In this document: piece by piece, positions 56,243-64,000 of the stretch | How the letters are laid out: each line of letters opens with the position of its first letter | Numbering within the stretch: the stretch's first letter is position 1 | Assembly: GCA_951406725.2 (NCBI GenBank) | Contig: OX597818.1 | Span: 96,162,001-96,226,000 of the forward strand | DNA from: Octopus vulgaris | Taxonomy: Eukaryota | Direction of reading: 5' to 3' | Length of the DNA: 64,000 nt | The notes under the pieces: model-generated | Database searches by the model: none | What the model saw: the letters and a program-made list of their open reading frames with translations, nothing else | Told to the model about the DNA's origin: nothing | Position numbers and translations under genes: made by a program

Positions 56243-57044
56243 TAGTTGTTTTGTAGTGTCCCCTTTTAGGATGGGACGGGGCACTACAAAAAACCTCCCC
56301 AAAAAAAACAGAAGAGAAAAATGATCAAGAACCATTTATCTAAGGTATTCCAGTCAAGAATATCTCGTCTTTTTAGAGGAATGGGTTTTAGAAACTTGGG
56401 GTTCTCTAATGTTCATGAAGCTGAGGTTGAGATTGATACGGTGTGGGTTTAGACACTATATGCAGTAGCAAGGTTAGGGAAGGAGTAGTGGTGGCAAGGG
56501 GACGGTCGGCCTCATGCGACGATTTTATGGGGATCGCAATTTTGGGTCTGTTATATAAGCTTGTATAGGCTGCTCTGGTCCGGAGGTGGTAGTGGTGATG
56601 ACGGTGGAAAACTCAAGGGCTGCTACGGGTGGCACACACTCTAGCTACGCCACTGGGTATATGCATCTCCTCCTCGTAAATTGAAAAGTAGAAATTATTG
56701 TCCTTCACTCCAGCGTACCACTCCATTTCCATTGCTGAAAAGTACAAGCTAATGTATATGTGCATACGTGTGTGTGTGTGTGTGCTTTTCTTTTCAAGAT
56801 GAGGAAATGATTTGTGTAAGATCTGGCTGATGTTTCTACCAGATTGAGTTGTAGTGTAGAGAGGTTCACTCGATATGTTATGAATGCTTTGGATTGGATT
56901 ACCAATATTCATTCCACTGCAGGACGAAGGCCTCAGCATGTTCTCTCTACCAACAGATTATACTGGTTTGAGAGAGTACTCTTCTACACTGGCTTGACAT
57001 AGATTGGCAGAGGGGTACAGTTTTATACTCTCACCCAGGCGTAG

Positions 57045-57815
57045 TTAAGTCGATTACATCGACCACAAATATTCAACTGGTACTTATTTTAATCGACCCT
57101 GAAAGGATGAAAGGGAAAGTTGACTTTGGAGTATTTGAACTTAGAACGCAAAGACAGACGAAATATCGCTAAGAATTTCGCCCGGCGTGCTAAAAATTCT
57201 GCCAGTTTGTTGCCTTATTAATGGTATTGTGCTATTCAAAGGCGGCGAGCTGGCAGAAACGTTAGCACGCCAGGCGAAATGCGTAGCCGTATTTCGTCTG
57301 CTGTTACGTTCTGAGTTCAACTTACGCCGAGGTCGACTTTGCCTTTCATCCTTTCGGGGTCGATTAAATAAGACCCAGTTGAACACTAGGGTCGATGTAA
57401 TCGACTCATCCCCCTCCCCTAAAATTGCTGCCATTGTGGCAAAATTTGGTACCATTATTCTTTCTGTTATAGGCACAAGACCTGAAATCTTGGTGGGAAG
57501 GGAAGTCAGTTATATCGACTCTAGTGCTCAAGTCATACTCATTTTATCGACTTTGAAAGGATGAAATGCAAAGCTGACCTCGAATGCATTTGGACTGAGC
57601 CGATCAAAGCATTTTGTCGCAAAGTATTTTGTCCAGTACAGTAGCGATTCAGCCACCTAATCAGATTCTATGTTGTTAATAATAATAGCAGTGGTCGACT
57701 TTGTTTTTTATATTTTAGAGGTCGATAAAATAAGTACCAGTTGAGCACTGGGGTAGACGTAATTGACTAGTACCCCCTCCGAACTTGTTGGCCTTGTGCC
57801 AAAAATTTGAAACCA
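57045..57815. mobile_element. Cluster of four family A SINE copies in alternating orientation
   Basis: 57045-57210 (minus), 57241-57450 (plus), 57470-57600 (minus), 57690-57815 (plus). Confidence 0.75.
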
Positions 57816-59205
57816 ATAATAATAGTAGTGACTGTACAAGTGGTGTTAGTATCGATGGTAGTACTGGTAGTGGTTGTTGTTAATGCAGTTTTGCCAATGG
57901 TCTTCGATTGTCCGAGCAGACCCGCGATCAGAGACATTCTAGTTATGAGTAACCTGTTTTGGTTTAAAAAAATTTTTTTAAAGGCGTTATATACCCTAAA
58001 TCACATTACAGATACAACACAAGCATTCCGGACACTGATTGCCTGGAACCTCTCAAAATCCGCACTAATGCACGAACAGGAACTGCAAATTCTTGCAGCC
58101 ACCACACTAGTTCACTGGAACCTTACACAGATTAGCAGCTTGCGCGGACAAGTAGCTTGCACCAGTAGTGTAGCCAAGTTCTAAAGTTAGGAGAGCGAGC
58201 ACATAAAAAAATGGCACCGTGATACATACCAAATAATTTAAAACTCATTTCTCTTATATTACACGAAATAGTTCATTAGTTTGTAGGAGTGATTTATACT
58301 CCCATTGTGTGATTAAACGAACCTGTTGCTTGTATTGGTCGGTTTTCAGCTGTCCAATCGTGTTGGCGCAACAGTTTACTTTTCCTTGCGTGGGAAATTA
58401 ATTACCAACTTCTGGCAGCCTACTATTCTCTATAAGAAAGACAGATTTCGATTGTTCTAGGTCTTTGGCACTCGCCACTGACCACACGCAACTCGTCTCC
58501 GGCAACGATGTTCTGACACAAGCCAGTATCCGCTTTCATCTCCACGAGACGCCTGCCTCTACACACCACCAAACAGTACGTCGCCTTTGCCTACAAGATC
58601 AATCCAGTTTTTCACACAAACCCATCGTTGTAACCTATTATGTTATTTTATTTCATGTATTGCATTCATTGCATTTTATAACGGAAAATAAATCGTTGCT
58701 TACCAGTTCATTTCATCTCAAGTCGTATATATCCTTCACACACCTTCATCTACTCCTCTTCGTTATAATATACGTAATTGTATTCTACATTCATTAATTT
58801 TGTGATTCAGTAACAATGTCATCATGTAAGAAACTTACAACGACTGATATAGGTGTGGCATGAATAAAAGATGAAACTACACGGGATCGCCCAGGGTCGA
58901 GAGGTTATGACGTCAGGGTTGATTTTGATTCTTCATATTTCAGCAGCCATCAACATATCACAGAAGATTGAGCAGAAAATTCAAAAACACAGGAGCTTCG
59001 TCGAATAAAGTAATGACCACGGAAAGTTCTTCCAAGACCATGCGATTAACAAAAACAGATTCGACTCTTATCGCACAAGTGAAATAAAGAAAAACCTATT
59101 AAAAAGACGCCGGTTTTGAAAAATCTGCTTGTAAGGAGCGGTCGCTATGCTCCCCTATTAGCTATGTCTCTGTCTTGCACAGTAAAGTATTAATAAACTC
59201 ATACC

Positions 59206-59437
59206 TATTTCTTTACTACCCACAAGGGGCTACACACAGAGGGGACAAACAAGGACAGACAAAGGGATTAAGTCGATTATATCGACCCCAGTGCGTAACT
59301 GGTACTTATTTAATCGACCCCGAAAGGATGAAAGGCAAAGTTGACCTCGGCGGAATTTAAACTCAGGACGTAGCGACAGACGAAATACCGCAAAGCGTTT
59401 CGCCCGGCGCGTTAACGTTTCTGCCAGCTCCCCGCCT
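59206..59437 (-). mobile_element. Family A SINE
   Basis: 19-bp TSD gtattaataaactYatacc at 59187 and 59440. Confidence 0.9.
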
Positions 59438-59499
59438 TTGTATTAATAAACTTATACCATTTATACTATAATGTACAGTTACTGTATTCCATTTATCTT

Positions 59500-60160
59500 T
59501 TTTTAAATTTTTTTCCCTTTTTTACTCGTTTTAATCATTAGGCTGCGACTATGCTGGGGCAACGCAGTGTAGAATTTTGATCGAACAAATCGTCCCCTGT
59601 ATTTATTACTTTTAAAGCGAGATAGGCTCGTAAAAACACCATTTGAGCGTGGCCGTTGCCAGTGCCGTCCAACTGGCTCTCGTGCCGGTGGCATGTAAAA
59701 GCACCCACTACACTCTCGGAGTGGTTGGCGTTAGGAAGGGCATCCAACTGTAGAAACTCTGCCAGATCAAGATTGGATCCTGATGCAGCCACCTGGTTCG
59801 CCAGTCCTCAGTCAAATCGTCCAACCTATGCTAGCATGGAAAGCGGACGTTAAATGATGAGGATGATGATGATGATGATGATGATGATACTTCATTAAGC
59901 CATTTTGCTGAACAGCGAGGTTACGGGGACGTAAACACATCAACACTGGTTGTGTTGCGGTACTTGGAGGAAAACACAGGCATAAAGGCACTCACACCTG
60001 TATATACGACAGGCTTCTTAAAGTTTCCATATACCAAATCCACCAACAACACTTCGGTCGCCCTGAGGCGGTAGTAGAAGACACTTGCCTATGTGCTACG
60101 CAGTGAGACTGAACCCTGAATCATGCGGTTGGGAAGCAAACTTCTTACCACATAGCCGCG
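59500..60160 (-). mobile_element. Old family C SINE interrupted by a family D copy (59630-59890, plus)
   Basis: Family C segments resume on both sides of the insert. Confidence 0.7.
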
Positions 60161-60206
60161 TAAATTTAATATTCTCTTAATTTATAGTGTCACCAACCCT
60201 GGTGAA

Positions 60207-60540
60207 GGCGCATGGCTCAGTGGTTAAAGCGTCGAGCTTACGATCGTGAGGTTGTGAGCTCGAATCCCGGACCGGGCTGCGTGTTGTGTTCTTGAGCAAA
60301 AGTCTTTATTTGACGCTGCTCCAGTTCACTCAGCTGTAGAAATGAGTTGCGACGTCACAGGTGCCAAGCTGTATCGGCCTTTGCCTTTCCCTTGGATAAC
60401 ATGGGTGGCGTGGAGAGAGGAGGCCAGTATGCATGGGCGACTGCTGGTCTTCCATAAACAGCCTTGCCTGGACTTGTGCCTGGGACGGTAACTTTCTAGG
60501 TGCAATCCCATGGTCTGTGTCGTGACCGAAGGGGATTTCA
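60207..60540 (+). mobile_element. Family B SINE
   Basis: Colinear with 2366-2700. TSD aaccctggt at 60195 and 60542. Confidence 0.88.
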
Positions 60541-60813
60541 GAACCCTGGTTCAGTAATCTGGAATCATTTTGAAAGCAAAGGTTCTGGAAAATCGAAGGT
60601 TTTCCCAAACTACATTATCCAGTGTGATAAGGATATGATTTGAATGAAAGTTGGCTGATATTTCTAGCCAGTCGGTCAACCACCAAAAGACTCCTTTGTT
60701 GGCTTGTAATAGTGGTGACATAATGATGATGGTGCAGAGAGAGAGAAGGAGAGGGAGAACTATAGCTATGAGATATTACGTTAATTTTGTGTTTCAGTCA
60801 GCCATGAAATACT

Positions 60814-60861
<48 letters not shown>

Positions 60862-62169
60862 AAGAGAGTGAGAGTGAAAAAGAGAAAGAGAGAGACAGCG
60901 AGTGAGAGAATGAAAGAAATAGAGAAAGAGAATTAGGTTAAGTTTGTGAAACCTGTTGTATAATAGGAAGAGAGAGAAAGGGAAAGAAAGAGAGAGGGTA
61001 AGAGAAATATGTATATACACTCGTACAGTCAGGCATACATACACAAGCACACGCACGTGTGTGTATGTGTGTGTGGAGTTGTGTGTGTATTCATGTATTC
61101 ATATTGTACACATACTATCCATAGACATGTCTTTATATAAATACATGTGTGTGTGTATATGTATGTGTGTGTGAGTGAGCATATGCGAGTTTCTATCCCT
61201 CTTTCTGTACACACGCACACACACACACACGCACACACACACACGCACACACACACACACACGGACGCATTCATAAAATAAGACTTTTTAATGGTGAAAA
61301 CATACATTCGAACATCATGTTTAAAAAAAACGCGAATAGTTATTATTGCTGCTGTGGCTCTTCTTCTTCTTCTTCTTCTTCTTGATGGGTTAGTGGGTGG
61401 GTAGATGGATAAGTGGAGGTGGGGCGTCGTGCCAGTCAAGTACGTATTCGATAAACTCAGCTATGCCCTTCTCCATAAATTTGTGTGACCTTGTGGTAAA
61501 GTTAGAAGTCACTATTACTATATTTGTCAGGGCGGCGTATTGGCAGAATTATTAGAGTGTTGAATACATACCCTTTGCGGTATTTCTTCCGGCTCTGAGT
61601 TCGAATCCCATCAAGGCCAACTTAAACTTTTATCCTTTCGTGGGGTCGATAACTGACCCGTTGCCAGACACTGGTGCCTGGGCGTGCTTCAGAATATTCT
61701 GGGTGGGGAATAATTTGTAATAATGCTACTAGAGTTTCGAAATAAGTGCATCATTGTAAATCTAAGGGTGCATCATTGAATAATTAGGGGACAGTGCCAC
61801 TCAGTGCTATCTCCCTTCCTGAAGGGCATGGGCAATAAAATGAAATAGCCGTCAAGTACTGGGGCCGATAATGTTGATTTACCCCTCCCTCCTGGTGTTG
61901 GGCCGAAATCATATACAAATATTTCTAAATTCATGAAGCTTTCTTCATCAGCACTAAAGAAGACATTTCTTCAGCGAAGAGTGACAACAGCTTGAATTTG
62001 AATCCAAGCAAATATCCAGTTCTTTACGTTCTAAGTTCAAATCTCGCCTGGGTCAAATTTGCTTTTTATCTTTTCAGGATAAAGTTCTACTTAAGTCCTA
62101 GATATAAAATAATCAACTTGCTCCACTCCTTTTAAAATTGTTGCTGGCCTTGTGCTAAAATTAGAAAGA

Positions 62170-62228
<59 letters not shown>

Positions 62229-62603
62229 AGGCGGCGAGCTGACAGGATCTTTACCGCGCCAGACAATGTTTAGCGGCATTTCTCACGACTTTTTTTAAAC
62301 GGATATGTTTGAAAGAACACACACACACACACACACACGCACGCACACACACACTCACACGCGCGTGCACACACACACACACATATACACAACATGCATA
62401 CGTTTAGCAAATGCATATTATTTTAATTACAAATGACACGTAAATCTCTCATGTTCGTACGTGCATGCATACAGAAGCGCACTCATAAACAGACTTACAC
62501 ACAAACACACCCATACATATACACACATGCCCAAGGTGCCACACAGTGGGACTGAACCCGGAACCATGTGGTTCGTAAGCCAGCTACTTATCACACACCC
62601 ACT

Positions 62604-62703
<100 letters not shown>

Positions 62704-62894
62704 AACTTCACGGCAGGAGGTGCAGATGAGGACAGCTGCATCGAACTCTCTCATGCACCAAATGGCAATTGCTAAAAAGCATTCGTGAAGTAAAATCATG
62801 TAGCAACACCAAATGGCGGTGTCCCAGCATGGCCACAGCTTGTGAGCTGAAACTAGATTAAAGAAAAAAAAATATATATATATATATATGCATG

Positions 62895-62941
<47 letters not shown>

Positions 62942-62950
62942 ATATCTATA

Positions 62951-62984
<34 letters not shown>

Positions 62985-63436
62985 TCATGCATCTCCACCA
63001 CAAAATATAAAGCGCACAAACAGGATTTATTTGGGACATAGCAGCAGCAACAATAGCAGGGAAAAGGTGCGGTGTTCTATTTAAGTTTAGGGCACACACA
63101 ACAGTCTATGCAACAGAAATGTGAACTAAAACATAATCAGCGTCCACGACCTTTCATTACAAAAGCAGTGAGATATAGGTATGCTGATATTCGTTGACAT
63201 AATTCCCACCTTACATAAGCTGTGCTTGACGTCACTCACTCTCTCTCTCTCCCTCTCCACTCTCCCCCTCTTCCACCTCTCCCCCTCTCTCTCCTTTTCC
63301 ATCTCCCTGTCCCACTGTTTGTCTGCCTGTCTCTTTGTCTTGTCTATATGTCTGGATATTGTGTATCTATGTATACCTTACTTCTGTTTTTGAGGCATTT
63401 TTTACCTCAACTATTTTCTTGATATTTATAATTACC

Positions 63437-63667
63437 TATTTCTTTATTACCCACAAAGGGCTAAACACAGAGGGGACAAACAAGGACAGACATAGGTATT
63501 AAGTCGATTAGATCGACCCCAGTGCGTAACTGGTACTTAATTTATCGACCCCGAAAGGATGAAAGGCAAAGTCGACCTCGGCGGAATTTGAACTCACAAC
63601 GTAACGCAGACGAAATACGGCTACGCATTTCGCCCGGCGTGCTAACGTTTCTGCCAGCTCGCCGCCT
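63437..63667 (-). mobile_element. Family A SINE
   Basis: 14-bp TSD tatttataattacc at 63423 and 63669. Confidence 0.9.
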
Positions 63668-63739
63668 TTATTTATAATTACCGTTAGTGCATTACCCACA
63701 CTGGCTGTTTGTCTGTCTGTCTGTATGTGTGTGTGAGTG

Positions 63740-63771
<32 letters not shown>

Positions 63772-63905
63772 TGTTTCTGTGTGTGTGTATTATGTGTGTT
63801 ATCAACCAGATGGTATTACTTAGTTTCGCACCTTTCATTGATAACATCGAAGGTACGTTTTTTTTACCCTGTCGTTGTTTATTTACATTTTTTCATTTAT
63901 TATAT

Positions 63906-63936
<31 letters not shown>

Positions 63937-64000
63937 TATATATACATACACATACACACACACATATATACACACGTGTGTGCTTGTGCGTGTGTGTATG

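Noticed and set aside
58815-59150. Possible Tc1 N-terminal remnant (..RKFKNTG..PRK..)
   Set aside because: Too degraded, with no TIRs identified.

Overview
AT-rich, microsatellite-saturated animal genomic DNA with no recognisable host protein-coding gene. The SINE repertoire and (TA)/(CA)/(TATG) density suggest Octopus (inference). Almost all ORFs in the track are translations of simple repeats. Supportable content: a 5'-truncated Penelope-like retroelement (RT C-terminus plus GIY-YIG endonuclease, Naiad-like motifs), two decayed mariner elements, Tc1 and LINE remnants, TIR MITEs (two pogo/Tigger-like, one Merlin-like with an 8-bp TSD) and dozens of tRNA-derived SINE copies. The most striking signal is a set of short non-coding elements carrying type I hammerhead ribozyme (HHR) folds from at least three sequence families. 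Several sit in fold-back or palindromic architectures next to (TA)n tracts: head-to-head HHR palindromes at 15.3 and 26.2 kb, a ~285-nt rod-like hairpin with an intact HHR at its apex at 26.8-27.07 kb, and a family with a non-canonical CUGU core. They look like non-autonomous Penelope-associated or retrozyme-like elements. All folds were read by eye and ribozyme activity is untested.
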